This document shows, in pieces, positions 11,622-21,399 of a stretch of DNA of 64,000 nucleotides. Positions within the stretch are counted from its first letter, which is position 1, and each line of letters starts with the position of its first letter. A program made the translations under genes and the position numbers. Under the pieces are notes generated by a model, which was not told where the DNA came from, searched no databases, and saw nothing but the letters and a program-made list of their open reading frames with translations. The DNA is from Roseiarcus sp. (GTDB lineage: Bacteria; Pseudomonadota; Alphaproteobacteria; Rhizobiales; Beijerinckiaceae), in NCBI GenBank assembly GCA_049513815.1, contig JBEKVR010000005.1, positions 1,313 to 65,312 on the forward strand. Direction: 5' to 3'.

Positions 11622-12719
11622 TCAGGTGGCGAAGCGGAAGTGGAGCACGTCGCCGTCCTGAACGGCGTATTCCTTGCCTTCGAGACGGAACTTTCCGGCT
11701 TCGCGCGCGCCCGCTTCGCCCTTGTGGGCGACGTAGTCGTCATAGGCGATCGTCTCGGCGCGGATGAAGCCCTTCTCGAAGTCGGTATGGATGACGCCGG
11801 CGGCCTGCGGCGCCTTCGCGCCCTTCTCGACCGTCCAGGCGCGCGACTCCTTCGGCCCGACGGTGAAGAATGTGACGAGGTGCAGCAGAGCGTAGCCAGC
11901 GCGGATGACGCGATTGAGGCCCGGCTCGGCGAGACCGACCGCCTCGAGATAGTCCTTTTGCTCGGCGAGCGGCAGGACGGCGATCTCGCTCTCGATCTTG
12001 GCCGAGACGACGACCGCAACGGCCCCTTCTTTCGCCGCGACCTCGCGCACCTTGTCGGCGAATGCGTTGCCCTTGTCCGCCGACGCTTCTTCGACGTTGC
12101 AGACGTACAGCACCGGCTTGGACGACAGCAGGCCGAGCGACTGAAACTGCCTGTGCTGGTCGCGGCTGACGCCGGCGGCGCGCGCCGGCCGGCCCTCGCG
12201 CAATTCGGCGAGGCTGCGCACGGCGAGGTCGTGCAGCTCTTTCGATTCCGTGTCGCCGCCCTTGGCCTTCTTCTCCATCTGGACGATGCGGCGCTCGAGG
12301 CTTTCGAGGTCGGCGAGCATCAGCTCGGTCTCGATCGTCGCGATGTCGGACAGCGGATCGATGCGCCCCTCGACATGGGTGACGTCGCCGTCCTCGAAGC
12401 AGCGCACGACATGGGCGATCGCGTCGCATTCGCGGATGTTGGCGAGGAACTGATTGCCCAGCCCCTCGCCCTTCGACGCGCCGCGCACCAGGCCGGCGAT
12501 GTCGACGAAGGTCAGGCGGGTCGGGATGATCTCCTTCGAGCTGGCGATCGTGGCGAGCGTCTCCAGCCGCGGATCGGGCACGGCGACGTCGCCGACGTTC
12601 GGCTCGATGGTGCAGAATGGATAGTTCGCCGCCTGGGCGGCGGCGGTCTGGGTGAGCGCATTGAAAAGCGTCGACTTGCCGACGTTGGGCAGGCCGACGA
12701 TGCCGCATTTGAAACCCAT
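11622..12719 (-). CDS. ychF: Redox-regulated ATPase YchF (Obg family)
   Basis: GIVGLPNVGKSTLFNALT, ANYPFCTIEPN, DIAGLVRGASKGEGLGNQFL, TGS tail. Confidence 0.98.
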   Translation of the reverse strand: MGFKCGIVGLPNVGKSTLFNALTQTAAAQAANYPFCTIEPNVGDVAVPDPRLETLATIASSKEIIPTRLTFVDIAGLVRGASKGEGLGNQFLANIRECDAIAHVVRCFEDGDVTHVEGRIDPLSDIATIETELMLADLESLERRIVQMEKKAKGGDTESKELHDLAVRSLAELREGRPARAAGVSRDQHRQFQSLGLLSSKPVLYVCNVEEASADKGNAFADKVREVAAKEGAVAVVVSAKIESEIAVLPLAEQKDYLEAVGLAEPGLNRVIRAGYALLHLVTFFTVGPKESRAWTVEKGAKAPQAAGVIHTDFEKGFIRAETIAYDDYVAHKGEAGAREAGKFRLEGKEYAVQDGDVLHFRFAT

Positions 12720-12936
12720 GGAGACACGCTCGGATCGGTTGCAAGGGAGGTTCGAGCGGCCCTATGCGGGGCGGCGGCGAAAAAGGCAAGAGGACGAACG
12801 ACGAGCGCGAAGGCCAAGACATACAAGCAACTCGCCTCGTCGACGAGACGCCGTCATCCCGAATGGACCAAAGCGAAGCGCAGGAGCGCGCAGCCGCTTG
12901 ACGGCGACCTCGCGACCTAGCCGTGCCGAGTCTCCC

Positions 12937-13038
12937 TCAGCTGCTCCGCTCCGCGAGAACCTCCTTGGCGGCAGGCGGCCCATTCACCGCGGCGGGAAGG
13001 CCGGCATAGATCGCCATCCGCACGATCATTTCGACGAT
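12937..13038 (-). pseudogene. C-terminal relic of a carboxymuconolactone decarboxylase (CMD) family gene
   Basis: Reads [33 protein letters not shown], aligning to IVETIMQMAVYAGFPAALNGLFAAKEVFAARGG* of the CMD at 17019-17414. Confidence 0.75.
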
Positions 13039-13948
13039 GGCGGAACGGCGCTGCGTGATTTGTTGCGCCCATCGGCCTCATCGCCTTCAAAATCGGTTTG
13101 AGCGGACGCCGTCGCCTTCAAGCTCGCATCGTCGAGCTGCGGGCGCGCAGTTACGCCGCCGTCATCGCCGATCTCGCCAATCGCCCCGCGCCGCTGGTCG
13201 ACCGCCCTCTAGGACAAGAATGGATTCTGTCGCCATCGCCTAATCCTGACGGCGATGCGGAGGGCGTAGCGTGGCTCGTGAGATTGCTGAGCGGACAGGG
13301 TCGCAACGGCGTCGTGACGTTCGGCGTTCCCCCGGGACTCCTGAGCCTAGACGAGCACGATATACTGTTACAATATTGTGTGACGCGGTTATTACTATTT
13401 CCGCTCAACGGCGAGCTGATCGTCCCGTAGCGGGTATAATAGAATCAACACAGAAAGCGCCGAAAGCAATTATTGCGAAAAGGCGTTACATCCATCGTTA
13501 CAGAATACGCACTGCGACAAAAACGCACGCTTGTCTCGCCAAGTTGAAAAAGCGGATCGTTCACTTGCTGCAATTCGCCTGATTCGGACTAGAAAAGGCT
13601 CGCCTGAGAGAAGCGAGTGTCGTTTATTCGTAATAATACCGTCATTTATCTGGTAATGAGATTGTCTGAGTTGAATTTGCTAATTCATTCTACATATGAC
13701 GCTGACAGCGAGGTTAGTGTGTTTTTTAATACGTTGTCTGTATCGAAGTACGGAATTTTTATTCGTTCCAGCGAACCGAATAGAAGTCATCAGATATTAA
13801 AACGACTATCAAGCTGTGACAATCCACGTCATCGCCATCAACCTGCATTGTCGACGTCTCGGCTCTGCTGGCTCGGCAGTCTGATCTCCGCGTTTTCGCG
13901 CGGCGCCAAGGGCGCGAGAGCCTCGTCGTCCGGCCTCGCCGCGTTCCA

Positions 13949-15557
13949 ATGACCGGTTCCGCCTACACGCCGTTGGCCACCGCGCCAGGCCTCGCTAGGC
14001 CGCCGCGCCGTCTGGCCGCGCCGCAGGCGCTCGCTTGGGCGGGGATCGTCTTGACCGCGGTCGCCTGGACTGCGCTCGTGCGCCTGCCGTTATGGCGCAT
14101 GGACGGGCTGGACGATCCCTTCTACGTCGAAGTCGCGCGGCTGTGGTCCCATGGTCTGCCGCCTTACCTGACCGTCTACGACGTCAAGCCGCCGGGCTTC
14201 TTCGCGCTGCTCGCCCTGTTCGAGGCCGCGCTCGGGCCGACGCTCGACGCGTTGCGCGCGCTGGCGGTCGTCTGCGACGCGGCGACGGCGGTCGCGTTGC
14301 TTATGCTCGGCCGCCGCTTTGGCGCGCCGGCGGTCGGCCTGTTCTCGGCGCTGCTCTATCCTCTCCTTTGCGAGACGGTGACCGCCAACGACGCCTATTG
14401 CCCGTTGGCGACGTTGACGACATTCGCCTTCGTCGCAGCGCTGTCGCGCCGGCCGATCGTTGAACGCGCGCTGGTCGCCGGCCTGCTGATCGGCGCGGCG
14501 GGGACGGTCAAGCAGACGGCGGGCTTCGAAGCGTTGGCGCTGCTTGCGGTTCTCTTCGGCGCGGCGGAGGCGAAAAGCCAGCGTGCGCGCGTCGTCGCGG
14601 CGTTCCTGGCCACGGCGGCGGCCGCGCCGCTCGCCTTCCTCGCCTATTTCGCGCTTGAGGGCGGGGCGGGCGCGCTCATCGCCGACGCCGTCGTCGGCGC
14701 GCTCGAGAGACCGGCGAGCGCCAGCGAGGGATTGAGCTTCGTCGACGGGATCGGCCGGTTCTTCTTACTGCACAAGAGCGACATGGCGCTGTTTGCCGTC
14801 GCCTGCCTCGCGCTGATGCGTTGGCGCGCGCTGGCGGCGGCCCTGCCCGACGCGCCGTTCCGAGCGCTCGCCTCCTGGTTCGCCGCGGCGGCGGTCGGGG
14901 TCGTCATCCAGCGGTCGAACGCTCCCACCTACATCGGGCCGATGATTGCGCCGAGCCTCCTCATCGCCGGCCTCGGCCTCACGCGCGCTGCGCCGGAGCT
15001 CAGAAGCGTGCCAGAAGGCGCGCGGCTCGCCGCGCTCGGCGTTGCATCCTTTGCGATCGCGCTCCTCCACCCGGGCAACGATTTGTCCGCCCGGCTCGAA
15101 AGCTCGGCGCTCGCCGAAGCCGCCTCGGCAATCCGCGCCGACGGCTGGGCGCCAGACGACCGGCTCTATGTCGTCAACCGCGGCCTATGGGCTCTACAGC
15201 GCGCTCGAAGCACAACCGCCGGCGACCCGCTTCCTCAATCCTGGCCACACCTTGTGCGATTTTCAGGATCGCGGTCCCGGGCTGGTCTCCAAGATCTTGG
15301 CTTCGCACCCGCGCTTCGTCGTCGTCGCCGACCGGCGCATCCACTTCACCTGCGAGCAGGCCGACCGCTGGCGCGTGATCGACGCGGCGCTGGCAGCCTC
15401 CTATCGCCCCCTCGCCCACGCCGCCGGCGCGGCCGATTCGTTCGATGTCTATGAAGCCATCGCGCCGATGGCCGACGCGGCCTCGCCGCCGCCGATAACC
15501 AGCAAAAGCCCCAGCGCGGTCGGGGCATTTCCCGCTCCGGCTTTGAGTAAACCGTAA
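13949..15557 (+). pseudogene. Multi-TM ArnT/PMT-like (GT-C) glycosyltransferase, frameshifted
   Basis: DDPFY..VARLWSHGLPPY...YDVKPPG, many TM helices; one extra G at 15189-15191 separates ...LYVVNRGLW from LYSALEAQPPATRF...HPRFVVV. Confidence 0.7.
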
Positions 15558-15802
15558 CCTGTCTCTTCACATTCAATCGACTGACGCATGCGCTCCAGTA
15601 GATCTGGGCGAACCGGCGCGCGATTTCCGGCTGCTGGCATAGAGGAGTTTTGCGAACGATCGCCCAACGCGTCGGCTGAGGAGGCTGTCGGCGCCTCCGC
15701 GCGGCCCCGTGCGCGGACGCGCGGAAAAACGCATGAGCGGCGATGCAGGCGCCGCGACCGCAATGAGCGCGGTCCCGGCTGGTTCGTTCCAAAGGGCGGT
15801 CG

Positions 15803-16270
15803 TCAGGCGCGATCGATCCTGCCGGAATAACAGCCCCGCTTGGCGTAATGGGCGTGGATGTAGCTGACGTCGGCGTTGGCCAGCAGCCGGGCGATGAGCG
15901 GCTCGATGGCGGCGCCGTCGACCACGTCGGCGTCGACCATCATGCCGTCGGCGTCGAAGGCGCGCAGCGACAGCAGGCGCGCGCGCATGACCGCCGGCAC
16001 TTCGTCGACGCGGTTATACGCGGCTGCGGCGCCCTCGCGCACGAAGATCGCGTGCGACGCGCGATAGGGCGTGTCGGCGGGCTGGCAAACGTGGTTGAGC
16101 AGCAGCACCGTCTCGCCCGGCGCGGCGTCGCGCATTTCGACCCGGCACGGGAAGGCTTGCGGCTTGTCGGCGACATAGCGCTTGACGCTCTGCCTGGCCA
16201 ATTCGTCGTCAGGCAGGCCGAACAGGAACTGGAACGGTTCGGGCGACAGCCCAGTGATGCGGAAAGTCAT
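15803..16270 (-). CDS. DUF1203 family protein
   Basis: FPCRVEMRDA.PGE.VLLLNH, PYRASHAIFV, SLRAFDADG, YIHAHYAKRGCY. Confidence 0.85.
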   Translation of the reverse strand: MTFRITGLSPEPFQFLFGLPDDELARQSVKRYVADKPQAFPCRVEMRDAAPGETVLLLNHVCQPADTPYRASHAIFVREGAAAAYNRVDEVPAVMRARLLSLRAFDADGMMVDADVVDGAAIEPLIARLLANADVSYIHAHYAKRGCYSGRIDRA

Positions 16271-16429
16271 GGCGATCTCCTCGATGTGGGGCGACCACCC
16301 AACCAGCCGAACGGCGCGCCGGCCACCCGGTTCCTGTGGTCTTGTTCGAGGATAGCAGCGTCACTCCCCGGAACGCCCCCGTCGACCGATCCCCACGCGG
16401 CATTGATCGATTTGCGTGGCGCGCGGCGG

Positions 16430-16850
16430 CTAAGACGCCATCGCCGGCAGGGCGCGCCGCGCCATCAATTCAATGAAGGCCGCGCGCGCGAGCTTGCGCC
16501 GCTTTGCCTCCGCGTCGATCGCCTCGCTTGGCTTCAGCGTCGCTCGCCAGCGCCGCCTAGGCCGGATGGTTCGCCTTACGAACGAGCGCGATGCTTTGGT
16601 AAGCCGCTCCCTCGCCGATCGCCTCCGATATTTCCGGTTCGGCGAGCAATTCCTCGATCGCGCGCGGCTGGGGAAGGGTTCCGCCCTTGGCGAGCGTTGC
16701 TTCGGCCCAGTCGCGCATCGCCTCGGCCGCATTGGCGAACGCCTGCTCGACCGTCGCGCCCATCGCCGTGCAACCGGGAAGGTCCGGGAACCACACGGCA
16801 AAGGCGCCCGCCTCCTCATCAATCTCAGTCATTGCAATGTATTCGGCCGT
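16430..16850 (-). pseudogene. hicB: HicB-family antitoxin, degraded; no HicA partner recognisable
   Basis: AFAVWFPDLPGCTAMGATVEQAFANAAEAM; GGAGG SD precedes ACG rather than ATG at 16850; RHH-like tail EAIDAEAKRRKLARAAFIE lies in another frame after TAG 16557. Confidence 0.7.
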
Positions 16851-17018
16851 GGCAACCTCCAACCTACGACCAGCGTTCCGCGTCGTTTCGGTCGGCCGCA
16901 TGCCGCCGGGCGGCGACACGCGGCGGCGAACTCCCTTCAAGCATCGTCGGCGGCGACGCGCGGGCCTTTCGCCCATATGTTCCCGATGACGCCGACGCGC
17001 AAGGATGGCCGGCCTGCG

Positions 17019-17414
17019 TCACCCGCCGCGCGCCGCGAAGACCTCCTTCGCCGCAAACAGACCGTTCAGCGCGGCGGGGAAGCCGGCGTAGACGGCCATC
17101 TGCATGATCGTCTCGACGATTTCCTCGCGGCCGACGCCGACGTTGAGCCCGGCCTCGATATGGACCTTGAGCTGAGGCGCCGCGTTGCCGAGCGCGGTCA
17201 GCGCCGCGATCGTCGCGATCTCGCGCTCGCGCAGGCCGAGGCCCGGCCGCGAATAGATGTCGCCGAACGGAAATTCGATGAGATAGCGGGCGAAATCGGG
17301 CGCGATGTCGGCCAGCGCGTCGATCACCTTTTGACCCGCATGGCCATCGATGCTCGCCAGCGCGCGGGCGCCGCGTTCAAACCGATCGTCGCTTGGTAAT
17401 TTGTCGTTGGTCAT
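17019..17414 (-). CDS. Carboxymuconolactone decarboxylase family protein
   Basis: FPFGDIYSRPGL..REREIATIAAL, PQLKVHI, QMAVYAGFPAALN. Confidence 0.9.
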   Translation of the reverse strand: MTNDKLPSDDRFERGARALASIDGHAGQKVIDALADIAPDFARYLIEFPFGDIYSRPGLGLREREIATIAALTALGNAAPQLKVHIEAGLNVGVGREEIVETIMQMAVYAGFPAALNGLFAAKEVFAARGG

Positions 17415-17778
17415 GGCGAGATTCGTCCTCGGTTGCGCCGGCGTAGCCGGCGATTTTCTCGTCGAGAACGAGCAGGCTCGCCTGAAGTTCGCTCAACCGC
17501 TGGCGCACGCCGACGCGATGCCGCTCCAACAGCGCGCGCCGCTCCTGCGTCGTCGACGCGCCCTCGGCGCGCAGCCGCGCGTAGACGAGCATTTCGCGGA
17601 TCGGCATGCCCGTCGTTTTCAAGCGCCCGAGGAATTCGATCCATCGGAGGATGGCGGCGTCGTAATCGCGCTGGTTCGATCGATCCCGCTCGGCGCGCGG
17701 CAGCAGGCCGATCCGTTCGTAATAGCGGATCGTATGGCCGGTGAGGCCGCTGCGCTTGGCGAGTTCGCCGATCTTCAT
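17377..17778 (-). CDS. MerR family transcriptional regulator
   Basis: MKIGELAKRSGLTGHTIRYYERIGLL, LKTTGMPIREM. Confidence 0.92.
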   Translation of the reverse strand: MKIGELAKRSGLTGHTIRYYERIGLLPRAERDRSNQRDYDAAILRWIEFLGRLKTTGMPIREMLVYARLRAEGASTTQERRALLERHRVGVRQRLSELQASLLVLDEKIAGYAGATEDESRHDQRQITKRRSV

Positions 17779-17806
17779 GGCAAAAGCCTTCGTCTCGACG
17801 CCAATG

Positions 17807-17837
17807 TTGCTACAGGTTAGAGCGCGCTCGAAGTCAA
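17807..17837 (-). promoter_or_regulatory. MerR-type promoter/operator
   Basis: Minus strand TTGACT-19 bp-TAGCAA, with near-palindrome TTAGAGCGCGCTCGAA (17817-17832) in the spacer. Confidence 0.8.
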
Positions 17838-17890
17838 GGCCTTTGCGCGCCCCATTCGACAGCAGCGCGCGCCGAAGTTACGTTTGCCCC

Positions 17891-18742
17891 ATGCAAGAGG
17901 GACAATTCAGCCGCACCGCGCTCGGCGCCGCCGGACACCGGGCGGCGCACCAAATTCTGGAGGGCGGGCTGTTTTTCGCCGATCCGCTGGCGCTGCCGAT
18001 TCTTGGGCTGGACGCGCAACAGGAAATCGACAAGGCGAAAGCGCAGCCCCTGCGGCGCGGCCTGCGGCTGTTCGTCGCCCTGCGCAGCCGCTTCGCCGAG
18101 GAATCGGCGCTCGCGGCGCTTCGCGGCGGCGTGCGGCAGGTCGTCATCCTCGGCGCCGGCTTCGACACCTTCGCCTACCGGCTCGAAGCGCCGGCGGGCC
18201 TTCGCGTGTTCGAGGTCGACCATCCCGCGACCCATGCCGAGAAGCGCCGGCGGCTCGCGGCGGCGCGCGTCGCCGAGCCGGCGCATGTCGTCTACGTCGG
18301 TTGTGATTTCGAGACCCGGACCTTCGTCGACGCACTCGCCGCGTCGGGCTTTGATCGCCGCCGGCCGTCGTTCGTCTTCTGGCTCGGCGTGACCGCTTAC
18401 CTGACGCATGAGGCGGTCTACGACGCCCTGGCGGCGGTCGCGGCGCTGCCTGGCGGGGCGGAGATCGTCTTTGACTATGTCATTCCGCCCGAGGCGATCG
18501 ACCGCGACGCCGCCCGCACGGCGCACGAAGAACTGGCGCGGAAAGTCGCCGCGGCCGGCGAGCCATTGCGCGCCGATTTCGACCCGCCGGCGCTGCGGGC
18601 GCGGCTCGCGGCGCTCGGCTTCCGCGAGATCGAAGATCTCGGGGCGGAAGAGATCGCGGCGCGCTACGCGCCCGGTCGCGAGCCCGCGCGCCGCGGCGCC
18701 GGGGCGCGCCTGACGCGCGCGGCAACCGCGCCGGCGGCCTGA
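17891..18742 (+). CDS. Class I SAM-dependent methyltransferase (LCM/TIGR00027-like)
   Basis: SRTALGAAGHRAAHQ, FADPLA, QVVILGAGFDTFAYR, VFEVDHPAT. Confidence 0.88.
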   Translation: MQEGQFSRTALGAAGHRAAHQILEGGLFFADPLALPILGLDAQQEIDKAKAQPLRRGLRLFVALRSRFAEESALAALRGGVRQVVILGAGFDTFAYRLEAPAGLRVFEVDHPATHAEKRRRLAAARVAEPAHVVYVGCDFETRTFVDALAASGFDRRRPSFVFWLGVTAYLTHEAVYDALAAVAALPGGAEIVFDYVIPPEAIDRDAARTAHEELARKVAAAGEPLRADFDPPALRARLAALGFREIEDLGAEEIAARYAPGREPARRGAGARLTRAATAPAA

Positions 18743-18749
18743 GCAGCGG

Positions 18750-19205
18750 TCACAATCGCGATTTCGCCTGGGCGACGGTGAGGAAGGTGAATTCCTGGAT
18801 GCCGATGTCGGTGATCACGTCGGCGCCGAGCCGCGCATTGACGTTCTTGATCAGCGCCTTGGTCATCTTGGTGAGATCGAACGTCTCGAGGTGGTCGAAG
18901 TCGATCGACGGATCGTCGTAGACGTAGCGGAACGCCTCGTCGACGATGAAGGAGTCGGGCGGCAACGGCGCCTTGACCGCCGCCGCGTTGTCGACGACGT
19001 AGGAGAGTTGCGCGACGATGTAACCTTTGACTGTGCCGCCTTGAATCTTGGGAACGTTGAACTCTTTGGTCTTCTTCAGTTCCTTCGGCGCGGTCGGCGC
19101 GACGACCGCCGGATGCGCGGCCATGGCGCGGAAATGCGTCGTCGCGTAGCCCGCCGCCAGCGTCGTCAGACAGGCCCAGAATCCGATCATGATGATGCGG
19201 ATCAT
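18750..19205 (-). CDS. Conserved flagellar-cluster membrane protein (FliL-like architecture)
   Basis: N-terminal TM, VPKIQGGTVKGYIVAQLSY, VNARLG..VITDI.IQEF; coupled to flgN. Confidence 0.6.
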   Translation of the reverse strand: MIRIIMIGFWACLTTLAAGYATTHFRAMAAHPAVVAPTAPKELKKTKEFNVPKIQGGTVKGYIVAQLSYVVDNAAAVKAPLPPDSFIVDEAFRYVYDDPSIDFDHLETFDLTKMTKALIKNVNARLGADVITDIGIQEFTFLTVAQAKSRL

Positions 19206-19591
19206 TCGTTCATCCAGTAGCGGTCCGAGTAGGTGCCGTCGGACTGGCTGTCGCGGATCGCCTGCGTGATGATGTCGGAAACCGCGCGCGCGGCTTTCAA
19301 TTGCGTGCTCAGCAGGCGGCGGTTGGTCTCGAGCCGCCTCTGCAGGTCGCCGAGCGCGGCGGCGAGCGCCGGGCCGAGCTGCAGGCCGACCAGATTGGGC
19401 GCGTGCCGGTTGAGCTCGAGCAGGCCCTGGCTCTTGCGATGATTGAACGCGTCGTAGTCGACCGGCCCGCGCCGCGCGATCGCCTCGTTCTCCTCGTCGA
19501 GCGTCTGAGCGAGCCGCTCGATGACGGGCAGAATCGCCGCCGCCGGCGACTGCGGGCGGCCGTTGGCGGCGACGCGCAGGACGGCGCTCAC
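19202..19591 (-). CDS. flgN: Flagellar export chaperone FlgN (rhizobial type)
   Basis: IERL..TLDEENEAI, FNHRKSQGLLEL, SDGTYS; GTG start overlapping the flgJ stop. Confidence 0.7.
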   Translation of the reverse strand: MSAVLRVAANGRPQSPAAAILPVIERLAQTLDEENEAIARRGPVDYDAFNHRKSQGLLELNRHAPNLVGLQLGPALAAALGDLQRRLETNRRLLSTQLKAARAVSDIITQAIRDSQSDGTYSDRYWMNE

Positions 19592-20172
19592 GAGCGCTTC
19601 TCGCCGGCGAACAGGACGGCGCCGCCGTCGACCTCGGAGCCGCTCGGCAGCGCCAGCGAATTGGCGCTCATCTGGGCGGTGGAGGCCGCGGCCGCGGCGT
19701 CGGCGCGTTTCACCTTCTCCAGCGCGTCGCTGGCGGCGAGCGGATGGGTGGCGAACAGGCGCTTGGCGATGCCGAGGGCGTCGGTCTTGGCCATCTGCCG
19801 CGAAACCTGATCGGCGAGCATCGACTTCCACATGTCACCGGCGAGTCCCTGGCCGAATACCGAGCTCGTGTCCTTCGGCAGCATCTCGCTGACGAAGCTG
19901 TTGAGCATCACCGCCTCGAATCCGGTCTTCACCTTGGCGGCCTTCTCGTCGGCCGCTTCGGCCGCGGCGGAAAAGCGTGCGCGCGCGTCGGCGCCGGACG
20001 GCCCGTTCGCCGCGGCGGGCGCAGTCGCGGCGAGCGTGTCGGCGAAATCGGTCGCGTCGGCGGCGGCCGCCCCGCCGAGCGCGTTGAGGCGCTGCGCGAC
20101 AGCGGCGGCGCGCGCCGGGTCGGCGGCCTTGGCGACCTCCAGCACAATGTCCGAGGAAGCGTCGATGGCCAT
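19588..20172 (-). CDS. flgJ: Rod-binding protein FlgJ (no muramidase domain)
   Basis: SDIVLEVAKAADP, FEAVMLNSFVSEMLPK, FGQGLAGDMWKSMLADQ. Confidence 0.8.
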   Translation of the reverse strand: MAIDASSDIVLEVAKAADPARAAAVAQRLNALGGAAAADATDFADTLAATAPAAANGPSGADARARFSAAAEAADEKAAKVKTGFEAVMLNSFVSEMLPKDTSSVFGQGLAGDMWKSMLADQVSRQMAKTDALGIAKRLFATHPLAASDALEKVKRADAAAAASTAQMSANSLALPSGSEVDGGAVLFAGEKRS

Positions 20173-20215
20173 GGATTCCCCGTGAGTTCTCAGCGGAGCG
20201 AACATCCGCCCGCAG

Positions 20216-20231
20216 GCTTACGCCGAGCTTG
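20216..20231 (-). promoter_or_regulatory. Conserved flagellar promoter box (putative Rem/FtcR site) upstream of flgJ
   Basis: CAAGCTCGGCGTAAGC on the coding strand, ~44 bp before ATG. Confidence 0.65.
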
Positions 20232-20616
20232 ACGGCGGCTTGCCGAGCGAGTGCGCGATCAGCTCGGCGAGCGCCTTGCGCTCGCTCTGGTCGCGATATT
20301 TCGCTTCAAGCCCGTCGTGGACGCGCTCGGCGAGCTTGGCGCGCGCGCCTTCCTTGAAGGCCTGGCGCGACTGGGCGGCATAGGCGGCCTCGGCGGCGGC
20401 GATCTCCGTCTCGATCCGGCGGATGCGGCGCATCGCCGCTTCGGCCGGCGCGCCGTAGGCGGACAGGCCCTCGCCCATCGCCTGCCACATCGCGCGCTCG
20501 TCCTCGACGAGCCCGTCGCGGCGGCGGCCGATCTGGGCGAGCCGCCAGGACGCCAGTTCATGGAGCTGCTTCTGCAGCTTGCCGATTCGCGCCAACGCCT
20601 CCAGTCGCCGCTTCAT
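20218..20616 (-). CDS. Coiled-coil flagellar-cluster protein (FliJ-like candidate)
   Basis: 132 aa all-helical, located between fliR and flgJ. Confidence 0.6.
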   Translation of the reverse strand: MKRRLEALARIGKLQKQLHELASWRLAQIGRRRDGLVEDERAMWQAMGEGLSAYGAPAEAAMRRIRRIETEIAAAEAAYAAQSRQAFKEGARAKLAERVHDGLEAKYRDQSERKALAELIAHSLGKPPSSSA

Positions 20617-20622
20617 CGTCGT

Positions 20623-21399
20623 CTACCCCGTCTTCAGCCAGGCGGAAAAAGCTGTCATGAATTCGCTCAACATCGGTTGGGCGGTGAAATAGAGCAGCAG
20701 CAGGCCGCCGGCGACGATGAAGGGCGTCGCGACATAGAAGATAGCGATCTGCGGCGTCAGGCGGTTGATGAGGCTCATCGCTAGATTGACGGTGATGGCG
20801 TAGAGGAAAAACGGCGACGTGATCCTCAGCGCGACCCGGAACGACTCGCCGAGCATGGCGGCGACCTGCCGCAGCGAATAGCCCGGATCGAAGTCGGCCC
20901 CCATCGGTATCGCGTGGTACGAGGCGACCAGCCCACGCAACGCCTCCCAATGCGCATCGGTGATGAAGATCAGCGCCGTCGCCGAAAGGACGATGAAGGT
21001 GGCGAGCGGCGGCAACATCTGATCGGGTTCGACCTCGACGCCGAACGGATTGGCGAGACCGAGCATGGCCGACGCGCCGACCGCCATCGCCTCGAGCGCG
21101 AGGAACAACAAGCGGCCGAGGATGCCGATCGTCGCCCCGATCGCGCTCTCGATCACGATCAGGCGCAAGGCCGGCAGCGGCTCGGCGCTGAGCGAGCGCA
21201 ACGGCGCCTGATCGAGGAGGATCGGCGACAGCGACAGCGTCGTCGCCACGGCGACGAACAGCCGCACCTGCACCGGGATCTGCGCGTTCGCCCAACCCGG
21301 CATCAGCATCAGGCAGCCGCCGATGCGACAGAACAGCACGAACACCGCCAGCGTCAGGTTGGGATCGAACAGCCGCGTGATGTCGCCGTTCGCATTCAC
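20623..21399 (-). CDS. fliR: Flagellar export protein FliR
   Basis: LFCRIGGCLMLMPG, IPVQVRLFVA, LINRLTPQIAIFYVATP. Confidence 0.93.
   Translation of the reverse strand: MNANGDITRLFDPNLTLAVFVLFCRIGGCLMLMPGWANAQIPVQVRLFVAVATTLSLSPILLDQAPLRSLSAEPLPALRLIVIESAIGATIGILGRLLFLALEAMAVGASAMLGLANPFGVEVEPDQMLPPLATFIVLSATALIFITDAHWEALRGLVASYHAIPMGADFDPGYSLRQVAAMLGESFRVALRITSPFFLYAITVNLAMSLINRLTPQIAIFYVATPFIVAGGLLLLYFTAQPMLSEFMTAFSAWLKTG

Noticed and set aside
13098-13952. ORFs 13098-13430, 13151-13408, 13271-13582 and 13617-13952
   Set aside because: No recognisable motifs, atypical codons, weak starts, mutually overlapping
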